Positions 14,335 through 27,000 are shown, counted from the first letter of the stretch. The stretch: 64,000 bases of DNA from Eledone cirrhosa (GCA_964016885.1 OZ024743.1:352780001-352844000); one strand, 5' to 3'. The notes: generated by a model from the letters alone, not told the origin. Numbers and translations are program-made.

Positions 14335-14650
14335 AACCACTACGTCCCTACGGACAACTGACACTGAAAACCAGGTCTGAACACGGAAGAGCTGAACTCC
14401 CACTGTCATTGCCTCTATCTCTCTCACCCTCCCTATCTCTCTGTATTATGAGCAAATGGGGTCCCACGTGCTGGTCGCCCCACGGCCCCGGCGGACAGAA
14501 TGGAGAAGGCGTTTCCCCGAAGTATGGTAAGGGAGATGCACTGGAAGAGCCATTCCATCTCGCGAGGCTCACACCTGTGGCTAGCCAGCTCAGCGCCTAT
14601 GGTGGTAAGTAGAGAGGTAGCCCTAGGGCCAAGGACACCAGAAGTCTTGT
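14335..14650 (+). repeat. Unclassified GC-rich dispersed repeat
   Basis: GC/CpG-rich island after a (TA) stretch; its central part has an inverted second copy at 80-192. Confidence 0.6.
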
Positions 14651-15067
14651 TAAATTGGGTGATGGTTTAAGTCTGCCACCCAGGTTGGCAACAGCAGGAT
14701 TTGAACTCAAAATGCAAAAAGAAGAAACAAATACTACTAGGTTTCACAAGACTCAAACAATTCTACTAATTCACTGCCCTGAACTGGTACTTTATTTTAC
14801 CGACTCTGAAAAGATGAAAGGCAAAGCTGACTTTGATGGTATTTGAACTTAGAATACCGAGTCGGAACGAATAATACAACACATTTATCTAACACTCTAA
14901 CAACTTTGTTAATTAGCAACCCTGGTAAATTAGGGAATTATTCACTACTTTCAAACTAGAACTACAAGAGGTACTCAATTATTCCGTTTCTGATTTCTCC
15001 TAGGATGATTTTAAATGGTAGTGCTGTACATTTTCAGACTAAGTAATAAATAAATATACTAAAAAGG

Positions 15068-15210
15068 GGCAGAGGTATGGCTGTGTGGTTAAAAAATTCA
15101 CTTCACAATCATGTGGTCTTGGTGCACCATGGACAAGTACTATAGTCTCAGGTTGACAAATATTTTATGAGTGAATTTGGTAGATGCAAACTGTATGAAA
15201 CCCATTATAT
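15068..15210 (+). mobile_element. Degenerate tRNA-derived SINE family 3
   Basis: Head ggcagaggtatggctgtgtggtt, then ...ctatagtctcaggttgac...gtgaatttggtagatgcaaactg; related minus-strand copy at ~34570-34695. Confidence 0.55.
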
Positions 15211-16106
15211 ATGGGCATAAAAAGCCAGCAAAGATATTTTTATGCCCTGACCCATAAACAATACCTCCAGCAAAACAGCAGTTCAACAAAATGTCAATCG
15301 CATGCACCAAGCTTAGAATACACTGCGGCTTGGTGTCAAAAAGGACACAAAAACCAAAGAAAACCAGCCAGAAGGGGTCTCATCCAACGTATTCAAGCAT
15401 GGAAAAACAGACGTTAAAACAATGATGATGATGATGAAGATAATGATGAAATATAATTTGGAATCTTACATCACTCAATTTGAATCCTGCCGGTTGTATA
15501 ATTAAAAAGAAAAAAATGTCAATAGATCGCATATCAGCTCCTCCTGGAGAAAATATATATCCCCAGAGATTGAAACTATGGAAAAAAAACACATCGTTGT
15601 TGTGTGAGCTAAATAACAAATAAAATATTTATTGGTTGGAATGGATTTATGAATTTCTTCTTGAAACAGCTGCTACAGTGAAGTGAATTAAACAATGTAA
15701 AAATGTACACCAACACCAGTATCACTACTATAAACAGTAATTCCATCAACAATAACTATACTATGCTTCTCACCAAAATCACTACCACCAACAACAATAC
15801 TACTATGCCACCATGAACAAGAGTAACATTAACAATACTAAACTACTAACACTATTAATACTAAACTACCAGTAACCCCACCACTCCCAACAAGATAATT
15901 AACACTATTGATGCGAACTCACACTACAACTAACAACACCACTACAAACAACAAAACTACACTCTATAATTACCACTACTACTAAAAAGTAACATACACC
16001 AAAATTCTTAACATATATAAACAAGATTTTAATAGCCTACATTGTTCCTTATACTAAAAAGAAAGTAAAAGAACCTTGTGTTAGGGTGTTGGGCTCACAA
16101 CATTAA

Positions 16107-16316
16107 CCCTTTATCATTTAAACCGGCCATATCCAGCCAGAATTCTCTCACCTCCTTCTGTTCAAATCGGCCATAACCGGTTGCTCATACTTATGTTAAG
16201 GTATTATTGTCAAAATAAATAATATCAAAATCTCGTAGATTCGATATTATGTGAGTTAATTATGTAAGGTCAAGCCTTTACTGTGAAAATACAATAGTAA
16301 TGTAAATGTTAAAGGG
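16107..16316. mobile_element. TTAA MITE family 1, inserted in an old SINE head
   Basis: TTAA|CCCTTTATCATTTA...TAAATGTTAAAGGG with the family-1 internal motif. Confidence 0.85.
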
Positions 16317-16397
16317 TAAAAGCCATAAGCCCAATCCTTAGATCAGGTGTCGTGTTGCAGCCTTGAACAAAACACTTTATATATTTATATATTTATA

Positions 16398-16741
16398 TAT
16401 CATCATCATCATCATTTCATTTTACGTCCGCTTTTCCCTGCTTGCAAGGGTGGGACGGGAACTGATTGTGGCTTGATTTCTACAACTGGATGCCCTTCCT
16501 AACACCAACCTCATTTACAGTGAGTGCTGGGTGCTTTTTTGCCGTGGCACCTCCACGACCACTTTGCAGTGAAATTATAGGGACCCCAATCCCTTTCATC
16601 TCATTTCTACAGCTGAGTAAACTGGAGCAATGTAAAATAAAGTGTCTTGCTCAAGGAAACAACACATCACCCGGTCTGAGAATTGAACTCACAACCTTTC
16701 GATTGCAAGGCCAATGCTCTAACCACTAAGCCATGTGCCTC
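16398..16741 (-). mobile_element. Full-length SINE family 2: tRNA head, central domain, RTE-derived bipartite tail
   Basis: Minus strand: tggcttagtgg (A box), gagttcaattc (B box), ccttgagcaagacactt core, ggtgttaggaagggcatcc, then cccgtcccacccttgcaagcagggaaaagcggacgtaaaatg, identical to the RTE-B 3' end. Confidence 0.92.
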
Positions 16742-16744
16742 CGT

Positions 16745-17030
16745 ATATATTAATAAAAATGATGAAGTTTCGTTTACATGTATTTAGAATTTTATCGTGT
16801 ATCAACCTTTCACAGAGGACTGGCTTAGGATCTCCCATAGAAATTATGGACCCAAAACACAATATTTTTTGTCAGATCGCCAGTTGGAAGAGCCAATCAA
16901 TAATGAAGTCAGGTCCATAACTACTATGGGTGACCCTGAGCTAATCCTCTGCGAAACACACACAGCAGGTTGATACACAATAAAAATCTAAATACATGTA
17001 AACAAAACTTCCTTGTTTGAGTAATATATA
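16745..17030. mobile_element. MITE with ~55-bp imperfect TIRs in a TA context (possibly Tc1/mariner-type)
   Basis: gaagtttcgtttacatgtatttagaattttatcgtgtatcaacct is inverted to aggttgatacacaataaaaatctaaatacatgtaaacaaaacttc. Confidence 0.75.
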
Positions 17031-17705
17031 CACTCTGCCTGTACATCAAGTGCTTGTTTTGGTACCACCACCAGTAATTCACTAAACCACATACACTATA
17101 TATTTACAATGCCATCCATAGCTTTCAATTTCCAAACACCTTTCTTTCCACATAAATTAATGTACATCCATCAAATGATAGCCATCACTCAATTCAATCA
17201 GCAGGCTGCTCTCTCTCTCTCATCCTCCCTCTATTTATCTCCATACCCTGTTGAATCACTAGATTCTCACTGCGTTCTTGTTGGATTATTCATTATGGAT
17301 GTACATAACACTGTTCTCTAAAACATTTTTCGTTGCCATCCATAGCCTTTTCTTCCACGTTACAATCATATGATAGTCAGTCAATCCAATCACCTATTTC
17401 ACCATTTGCCTCTTACCCCCCCCCCCCCCACACACACACACCATCTTAGAGTTATTGACCAATCAAACTATAGCAACACAAATATATCTTCACCCATTAC
17501 CCATAGCAATAACTACTGCAACTACTGCTATTAACTTTCTTATCTTTCTTGGAGAATTTGTGTTCATTGTTAATTACGGATGAGCTGAAATGATGGAACA
17601 ACCCTGAATGTAAATATGAATCCTCATGTTCCCAGATGACCATGTGAACCTTTGTTTCAAATACAGAAAGCATATACCCACCCTCGCAAATATCCACCCT
17701 CCTCC

Positions 17706-20700
17706 CAGTGGCGTAACTAGCTTGGGGGCAAATTCGATTTAAAGGGGGCCCACCAATTCCATATGCTCATTTCCATCGGCTGCAAGGAAATATGTTCATA
17801 CACGCATATAGAATAGATAATAATTTATAATAGAGTAGACAGCATCATAGATTATAGAGTTTGCATGTTCCGTGAAAATTTTATTAACTGCGAAGACAGT
17901 TGTCTATCCTCAGAAAAAAGACAACATCCAATAAAACTAGTTTTGCAATCGATTATTCACCAACAAAAATTCGTATGTACAACAAATCGTCCATCTAAAA
18001 CTTTACTTTCACATTCGAGCACACCACTTGTTCTACAGTTCTAATTTGCGATGTTTTACTTTAGAAAATTGTTCAATCACGATGCTGAAGTCAATTTTTT
18101 CAGCCAGTTCTCGCTTGATGTACATCATTGCCAGAGCATTCAACCGCTCTTCACTCATGGTACTACGCAAATAATTCTTTATCAGTTTGAGCCTGCTGAA
18201 GGTTCGCTCAGCCTGCGTCGAGCTAACCGGAATAGTTATGAACATTTTGTATAGGCTCTATCTAAGTCATTAGAATCATAAACAGAAAGATCTCAGAACT
18301 CGATATGTATTTATCTAAACACACTTCCTTGTAAAAATCTTTGAATGATAAATACTCGCCGGAAATAGTGTCATTTTCGATGTCACCCTCGTAGAATTTC
18401 ACAAGATTATCGATTTTCTCTCTATTGCATGTGTCGTCGTCGAAGTGCGCCGGTATCAAGCACGAAAAATCCTTCACTAGATCGTGCAAGTCGGCAAAAC
18501 GTTCGTTAAAGCTACTAATGATTCTATCTAAGATAGTAAAATAAACGTCCCATTTAAAATGCTGACACATCGTCTCATGAGGTTCGTCACTGGCATTTTC
18601 GTCATGAAAACGCTTCTTTTTTCTTTTCCGTTTTTCTGTTGTAAACTCTGGTTCAACTTGACATTGCTCGGCGAGATTTTTAGCGTCTGATAATGTTTGG
18701 TCAAAATATTCACTTGAGCGGATGTCTTCAATTTCTTTTACTACATTTTTAATCATGACGTCCACGGAATATAAGTCGATAGAGTCCTTCTGCAAATATT
18801 GTGAAACAGAATGCAGCTTTTTAAGTAAATTCTGAAAAAACTTCAACATGAAAATGAATTCAAACTTGCTCACATTTAATAGCAAACCTCTGGCCTCGGC
18901 TAATACTTTCGGAGCAGTGTTGTGAACATCCCCACTTATTATCCTCTCTAGTGCACTTATTACTGCCGGTAAGTTAATGGTAGCCTCTACGGCCTGAATG
19001 TGACTAAACCAGCGCGTATCTGAGAGTCTTTTTAATGTTAATACTGTTGAAGTCAATAGTTTTTCTTGTTCTTCTTCGAGGATTTTCAGCCTTGGCAAGC
19101 TTGATGTTAAGAAAACATAAAGGCTCTCCAATATACCAAAAAATAATTTACCATCCACTGACGATTGGCTAGCATCGATTAACACCAGGTTCAGGTTATG
19201 AGCGCAACAATGGACGTAAACAGCTTTCGAAGAGCATCCCTCTTTAACTCTAGCTTGAAGCCCAGAAATATGGCCGGACATATTCGACGCTCCGTCGTAA
19301 GCTTGTCCCCTAATATATTGAGCATCCAAGGATAGATCCTGGAAAAGAACTTTCACAAGAGTATCGTAAAATGATTCAGTGGCTGCTGATTCTAGTTCAC
19401 AAAACGACAGGAAATGCTCCTGTGCGTGGCCACTTTTCAATACATATCGCAGTGACACAGAGCATTGATCCTGATGCGAAATGTCTATTGTGGAATCGAT
19501 GATGACTGAATAGTATTTTGCCGCTTTCACTTCCGTGATTATTTGTTGAGTACATTCGTTTGCCAGGCATTCTATGAATTCGTTTTGTAATTTTGGACTT
19601 AAGTACATAGGCTGTCTTTTAGTGCGCCCAGGCGAGAATAAATGGCTTTCCAAGATCGTATCATACTTGGCCATCAATTGCAACAATTCAATAAAGTTTC
19701 CTTCATTTTCTGATTTGGCGCCAAGTCCAGCATATTCCCTGTGACCTCTAAAGGCCAGGCCTTGTTTTGCTAGAAATAACGTACAATCAAGCAATTGCCT
19801 CAATATCTGGCGATTTCGTTCAATTCGCTTCTTCTCTTCATGGATGAGGTTATTGATCACTGTTTTATCTGCGTCCAAACGATATTTTGTCATGAAGTAT
19901 TGCTTTTGTGCATTGATGTGAATGGCACATTTCTCATGCTTGGCAATTTTTTCCGATTCCTTTTTTGAAGTTTGCCATTCCATACTCTGGATTACCCCAA
20001 GTCTTCGAGTAAGATTTGGCATTTTTATCAGCAAACAGCCAACAACAAAAGCAATATAGTCTGTTAGATTCAGGAGAGTATACTAACCAGCGTCGGTCAA
20101 CTTTATGGATTCCAGCACACTTTCTCTTGTACCAACTGATGTTGAATTTTCTGTGGTTCGAGTCGAGAGGGAAATCAGCAAAAATTATCTTTCAATCCTG
20201 GCTGACAAGGGCCAATGGCCATGAGGGCGCGAATTAGAGGTGTCGTCAATGGTCTGTCCTCGAAATGTTTTGGGTCGCTTGGATACTTCTCTTGTAAATT
20301 CAACATGCATTCTACTGGCTCATACTCTGGGATTTGTTTTGCCAATGTAGTTTCCTCTGAATTATGTTCATTTTCAGATTCCGATACAGCCATTTTTCCC
20401 TCCATTGAGTTCGGATCCCCAGTTGGAACTACATCTTCAGTGACTACGACGGTTGTTGGACCTGAGGCATCTTCGGCGTCAGGTTCTCGCGACTCCCCAG
20501 TGCTTTTCTGTTTCTCCAGTTCATTTGACCAGACCGACTCGCCGGAAATTCCGGCAGTTACGTTGCTTTGGGATGCATCACTACTTGTTGACGAAGACTG
20601 TTGACTTTTCAGAAATCTTGTGATTAGATGACATTTCTTTGCAGATTCTTCCGTGGCAGCTTGTCTAGCTTCTCTCCTCTTTGTTGCTCCAGTTTTGTAA

Positions 20701-21793
20701 GATTTTTAGGCAGCATTGTTAATGAGCACTATATTGACATGTTTTCCAGTGGCTTTGTCTTTAAAAAAAATTCTTCCTTTTTCTTTTCTATAAGCCTTTA
20801 AGTACCGAAATAGCTTGTGATTAGAAAGCCACTTCACTTACCGCATTTCTTCGGTCCTGGCAAAGTCGTTGGCTGGTTTTCCTCTCTTCCACGTGTGTAC
20901 AATCCAGCTCGCCGATTGCAGCCTCAGTCCGATGACCGCCGTAGAAGAGAAAGGGGCCTCTCAAGCTGACGTCACATCTACTCGCCCTTCCGGTCGAGCA
21001 CGCTTCCGGTCAAGCACGTCCAGCCTCCGGCCACTACACACCACACCATACCCGCAATGAGCACTATATTGACACACTTGGAATAATACAATTTGCTTGA
21101 TTTGATATTCAACACCGAAGAATGTAAAACACGTCAAATAATCGATGAAAAACAAAACAGAGCAAAAGTCCAGGAAGTGTCGCAAATACCAAATTGTTCT
21201 AAAATGTGACTAATGATAAAAAGTAACAACATAAATAAAAATATTATATATATTTTTTCTATATATACACACAATATATAGATATATAGATATTTGTGTG
21301 TATATACTCATGCATAATTATACTTTTAATTAAATATTAGGTTAAAAACCTGAGTATGTATTACAACATTTCAAACAAATAGAATAATATAGAATTTAGA
21401 TATCAAATCATTTATTTATATTTACAAATCAAAGAATATAATAATCGGTTTTTAATGAGATCCCTGTGATTGATGCAAGGCTACTAATTTCTCAATGTCT
21501 GGTGTGAAAGGCGTTAGAGATAGTCATAAATCACCTCTTCTTTCTATATCAAGGCGATTTTGACTTTTTGAAAGCAGATGCATCACCTGACTGAAACCTG
21601 ACTCAACTAAACAAGGGATTGGTCTTAACTTCTAATCTTATTAGAGATTAAGCGTTTTCTTTACGTTGTTGTAGTTAAGGATTCGTAATTACATGTGTAA
21701 TAAGTTATGTTTAGAATTATAGCCTAGGGGGCCCACCTAGACCGACAGGAAAGCCAGCCCCCCCCCCCCCCCCCCCCGTTAGTTACACCACTG
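17706..21793 (-). mobile_element. hAT DNA transposon (Tip100/ZMYM1-like), full length
   Basis: TIRs CAGTGGCGTAACTAG and CAGTGGTGTAACTAA (reverse complement); 8-bp TSD CCTCCTCC at 17698-17705 and 21794-21801; encodes a hAT transposase. Confidence 0.97.
18033..20716 (-). pseudogene. hAT transposase with a few frameshifts (TTF-type Zn finger, DUF4371-like region, DDE core, hAT dimerisation domain)
   Basis: Motifs WLVYS...YCFCCWLF, LAFRGH, GNF, IIDST.D, GQAYDGASNMSG, HCCAHNLNL, LSDTRW, IPVSSTQAERTFSRLKLIKNYLRSTM. Likely ATG at 20716. Frameshifts near 20703, 20180, 19953 and 18270. Confidence 0.93.
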
Positions 21794-21801
21794 CCTCCTC
21801 C

Positions 21802-22609
21802 ACCATTGACGGCAAATGACCAAAATTCCCAATTGGCACTATCAACATGAGCACAATGAAAGGAAGAAAAGGATAAATCGTAGAGATGCTAGAATGGAAG
21901 AAAATTAATGTATACTGTATGCCAGAGATGAGACTGTGCTGGTATGGACATGTGACTCATATGACAGCTGTATAAAAAGATGCAGAGCGCTCAAAATTGA
22001 TGGAAGCCATGGAGTAGGAAGACCCAGGAAGACTTGGGATGGGGTGATAAAAGCTGACCTTGCACAACTGCACCTTTCAAAGGCGATGACACAGGACTGG
22101 GATCTCAGGCAATATGTAGTAATACAGAAGACCCACCTTCCCATGAGTACAGGGTGAAGCATACATATAGTATTCACCTCCCCCCCCACCACCACCACCA
22201 CCACCACCACCCCACTCCCATAGGCACAGGCTGAAGCATACATCTGGTATGCACCGCCTTCAACTGCATTCCCCTCCTCCCACATACTTCCCACGTCCCC
22301 TCACACCCTTCCCACCAAAACTCCCAGCCAATATTGTGAAGTGGTTGTGATGGCGACATGACAAAAAACGCCCATCCCATACTGTAAGGTGATCGTGTAG
22401 GTGTCGACAAAAAACACCCAGCCCTCACTGTAAAGTGGCCGAGTAGATTGATGTTAGAAAGGGCATTCAGCCAAAACTGGTTCTGTATGAGAAACCAAGC
22501 CAAAACTGGTTCTGTATGAGCAAGACACAGTCATCTGACTTCGACTTACCTCAAATAGGACAACCTGTATGGACATTAAACAGTGGTGATGATGATGATG
22601 ATGATGATC

Positions 22610-22610
<1 letters not shown>
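21802..22610 (+). mobile_element. Internally deleted RTE derivative (endonuclease N-terminus fused to ORF C-terminus and family-A-type 3'UTR)
   Basis: IGTINMSTMKGR...IVEMLE.KKINVYCMPEMR is joined directly to LCWYGHV...GRPRKTWD; (GAT)n tail followed by (TA)n. Its 5' part probably continues left of the hAT. Confidence 0.8.
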
Positions 22611-22667
<57 letters not shown>

Positions 22668-24079
22668 ATTACCCCGCAAAGTCTCTAAAATTGTTAAATG
22701 TTAAGAGAGGTTCTGTTTTGTTTACCCCACTCCCCCTTGAATGTCAGCATGTAGGTAAGATTAGGAGTTTTATCTGGTTATCTACTCCACTGATAACTTT
22801 CTGAGTCATTTGAGAACATTTTTATTTAGCTTTAACATTTTTTTAAAGTAAATTACATAAAAAATGTTGATCCCAAAGCAATGCTTTGAGAGACACGACT
22901 AACTTTTGCTTCCTAGGAAGCATTCAATTGAATGCAGTACTGCAGAAACTTGGATGTCCATCTATCCCCCATCACACACACACACACAGAATGGTGATCT
23001 GAAGATATATGACATATTTGTTTGAGCTCCTTTCTCATAAAACATTTAAGATGTCATTCTAAGGGGTATAGAATCCGGATAGGTACCAAAAAGAGCATCT
23101 ATTAAAAACATGCTTCAAAAAGAACCTCATGATGAGTATGACTCTTGTCATGGAGCCCACAAGGCTAGCCTTGGCTTAAGCATGGAAATGACATTAAAAC
23201 GCTTGTTGTGTTGTATATATTGTATATACCCATAAATCAGTCACTCATCCATTTAACATACAATTACAATGTACTATGTAGGTCCTGTAGATAGGTTCTG
23301 TGGTATGCTGGAGGGGGGGGGGGGGGGGTACGACGGTACTGGTCAACCATATAAGGGTAGGTCGTTGTGGAATCGAGCAAAGGAGTTAAGCACCCATCCA
23401 AAATCTGTGCCCAGTTTTCTGTATGCATGAACAAAACTTATGTAGTTAATTTTATATTAATTTGAAGCATTTATTTCATGTTACATCTGTTTTCACATAT
23501 ATAAAATATCTTCCTTGCTCACATTTCTCAGTATTAGGCCCTGAGCATCACCAAACCTCTGCACAGCACAAATAAGTTACATGGTTTTTCATGTCATATG
23601 TTCATGGAAAAAGTTTAGATTTATACATATATATATATATCCCGCTCCTTAATATCTTCTCCCCCTCCACCACACTCTACAACATGCGGTCAACCCCCCC
23701 CTCTCTCTCTCTCTATCCATATATATACAAGATAACCCACACAAGAAATTCACTTTCGCCAAATTTGAGGCCATTTTTCCTTCATGGTATAATGTAACGT
23801 ACACATTTTTCTAGCTTTTCTAACATCCGCTTAATTTCATAGTCCTTCCAAATCCTATAGCATTTCTATCCTCATTCCAATTCTTGTTCACTACTAGCCA
23901 TTCCATCCTATTTCCTCCTGTATCCTATGTAACCTATCTCGTATTTTCCAAAACAAATCTTGTATTTTGTCATCGCTTGTTAAATACAAAAGTTTTTGGC
24001 GTATTTTACGAAACAAATCTTGTATTTTTGTTATCGCTTGTTAAATACGAGGATCTCACTTAAACCTATTCTTCTCTCT

Positions 24080-27000
24080 AACAACTCAACACCCCTCCCT
24101 CCCGCCCCAACGCACCACCATTATTATTACGTGGACCAATCATAAGCCAGAGGCCTATACTATCGCTTACCTGGTCGCCTTCGATATGTAGGATGGAAGG
24201 ACTACGGAGTTCCGGAGAGTTGAAGAGAGAAAAATCTGGACGCTCAGCGACAATGCCAAAGATAAAGACAAACACACCTCGTGGACGAGAATGCGAGCAT
24301 TCCTCTTTGTTTCGGCCGCGGATGGCCAACATAACCCCATCTCCCACCGCTCCCACCCTCCAAACGCAATCCAAAACTTCAGAGTTGGTACCTTGAATGT
24401 AGGCACCTTAAAGGGTCGCTCTAACGAGGTTGTAGAAATGCTTGAACGTAAGGAGCTCGATGTTTGTTGTATTCAAGAGACCAGGTGGAGGGGTGGATCT
24501 GCTAGATTCATTGTGGGTAGAAAACGATGCTATAAGCTTTTCTGGGTGGGAAATGACAATGGGCTGGGTGGAGTAGGAATCATGGTAGCAGAAAAGTGGG
24601 CAGATAAGATAATAGACGTAAATAGAGTGAACGACAGAATAATTAAAATAAGACTTGTCCTCAATAGAACTACGGTGACATAATATCTGCGTACACACTC
24701 CAATCCGGACTGCCCGGCACTATAAAAGACAGATTCTATGAGACACTGATGCTCACTACCTCCCAAATAACCGACAGTGACTATATAATTATTGCAGGCG
24801 ACCTAAATGGTCACGTTGGACAACATTGTGACGGCTACAACGAAATCCATGGAGGCTATGGGTTTGGTACTAGAAATGAGGAAGGCTCCAGAATCCTGGA
24901 ATTCTGTGACGTAAATAACCTAACTATCTGCAACACTAACTTCAAAAAACGAGACAATCACCTGATCACCTATAGATCAGGGGAACATACCAGCCAGGTA
25001 GATTATATCCTTACCAGAAGACGTGACAGAGTGACTGTTGTAAACACTAAATCCCTCCCCCATGAAGAATGCACCTCCCAACATAGACTGATAATTAGCG
25101 ACCTAATAGTCAGGACGAGACGTACTAGACAACAGAAGAGGACTATCCTCAGGAGAAAAATATGGAAGCTAAAGGACCCCACAGCCAAAAATAAATTTCA
25201 AAGCATATTACTTGATGCTTTCGACAGTAAGGAAGAGCATTTAGAGTCGGACAATATAGAGGGGCAGTGGGAATTTCTGAAAGCAAACCTGCTGATGGCG
25301 ACAGACGAAGTCTGTGGCTGGAGCAGGCCTGTTGGCAGGAGGAGAGTAACATGGTGGTGGAACAGTAAGGTGGAGGGGTCAATTAAGGCCAAAAAGCAGG
25401 CTTGGAAAGTATGGCGGGATGGGGGAAGTAGAGAAGACTATCAAGTGGCCAGGAGGGAAGCTAGGAGACAAGTGTACTTCGCAAGAAGGGAAGCAGAGGA
25501 AAGAAAGTTCAAGCATGTTCTACAACGCGAGGACCAAAAACGTGAGGTGTTCAGGATTGCTAGGCAATGTGTCAAGGAAAACAGTGATATTGTCGGGGAG
25601 AAGTGTGTACTTAATGATGACGGCGTACTTGCCATCACCGACGCTGATAAGAAGGTAGCTTGGAAGTGTCACTATGAAAGGCTACTAAATGAGGAGAATA
25701 AATGGGAGAAAGACAGTCTCCCTCACATCGACCCAATAGAGGGACGAGCAGTGTTAGTCGAGGGTAGTATAATAAGTAAGGCAATCAAAGATATGAAGAC
25801 GGGTAAGGTGGCTGGGCCTTCGGAAATAGTTGCCGAGATGCTGAAGGCATCTGGTACGGTGGGACACACCATGGTCACCCGGATAGTCAACCAAGTCATA
25901 CAGAATGGGGCTGTTCCGAAGGACTGGCGTAGCAGCATCATCATTAACTGTTATAAGGGTAAAGGAGATGCCCTAGATAGGAGTAACTATAGAGGCATTA
26001 AATTAATCGACCAGGTCATGAAGGTCACGGAAAAAGTAATAGCGCAACTAATCAGAGAGCGAATTGATCTAGATGAAATGCAGTTCGGGTTTGTGTCAGG
26101 CAAAAGTACCACAGACGCTCTTTTCATTGTACGACAACTACAGGAGAAGTACCTAGCTAAAAGTAAACCCCTATACCTAGCTTTCGTCGACTTGGAGAAA
26201 GCTTTCGACAGAGTCCCCCGTTCCATTATCTGGTGGGCTCTTAGAAAACTAGGTGTTGATGAATGGCTTGTGAGAGCTATACAAGCCATGTATAAAGAAA
26301 CAGTCAGCAAGGTTAGAATTAACAACGAATATAGTGAAGAGTTTAGTGTAAAAGTTGGTGTTCATCAGGGCTCTTTTCTTAGCCCCCTACTATTTATTAT
26401 TGCCCTCCAGGCTATAACAGAGGAGTTCAAGACTGGCTGCCCATGGGAACTCCTATATGCTGATGATCTAACGCTTATAGCTGAATCAATGGCTGAACTA
26501 GAGAAGAAATTCCAAACATGGAAGCATGGCCTAGAATCAAAAGGCCTTAAAATTAACCTGGCTAAGACTAAAGTTCTAGTATGTAGGTAGGAAAATAGGG
26601 CACTGGTCCCATCTGGGAAATGGGCATGCTCAGTGTGTAGGAAAGGAGTAGGCAGAAACTCCATTTTATGTCCCAAATGCAAAGTTTGGGTGCATAAAAG
26701 ATGTAGTGGGATCACAGGTAAGCTAACTAAGAATATAGATTTTATATGTGGCCGGTGCTCAGGTGCAATAAGTAGCAGCAAGTGCCCACAGAATACTAGC
26801 TCTTTCAACTGCGCAGAGGGTTCTATAGAAATAGTGGACAGCTTCCGTTACCTGGGTGACAAAATCAGCAGTGGGGGAGGGTGCTCTGAAAGTACAGTAG
26901 CTAGAGTCAGAACTGGGTGGAAAAAGTTCAGTGAGCTCATACCACTATTAGCCACTAAAGGGTTCTCCCTAAAAATGAAAGGCAGGTTGTACGATGCCTG

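Noticed and set aside
14455-14545. Possible HDV-like ribozyme
   Set aside because: A P1-like stem exists, but I could not place a canonical P2, 7-nt L3 or J4/2.
16660-16741. tRNA gene
   Set aside because: The A/B boxes belong to a SINE head that continues into the SINE body; no complete cloverleaf.
18033-20034. Host ZMYM1-like gene
   Set aside because: Bounded by TIRs and an 8-bp TSD and frameshifted, so it is a transposon rather than a domesticated gene.
24230-24330. HDV-like ribozyme in the RTE-A 5' region
   Set aside because: cacacctcgtg gives only a short hairpin; no P1/P2 double pseudoknot was found by eye.
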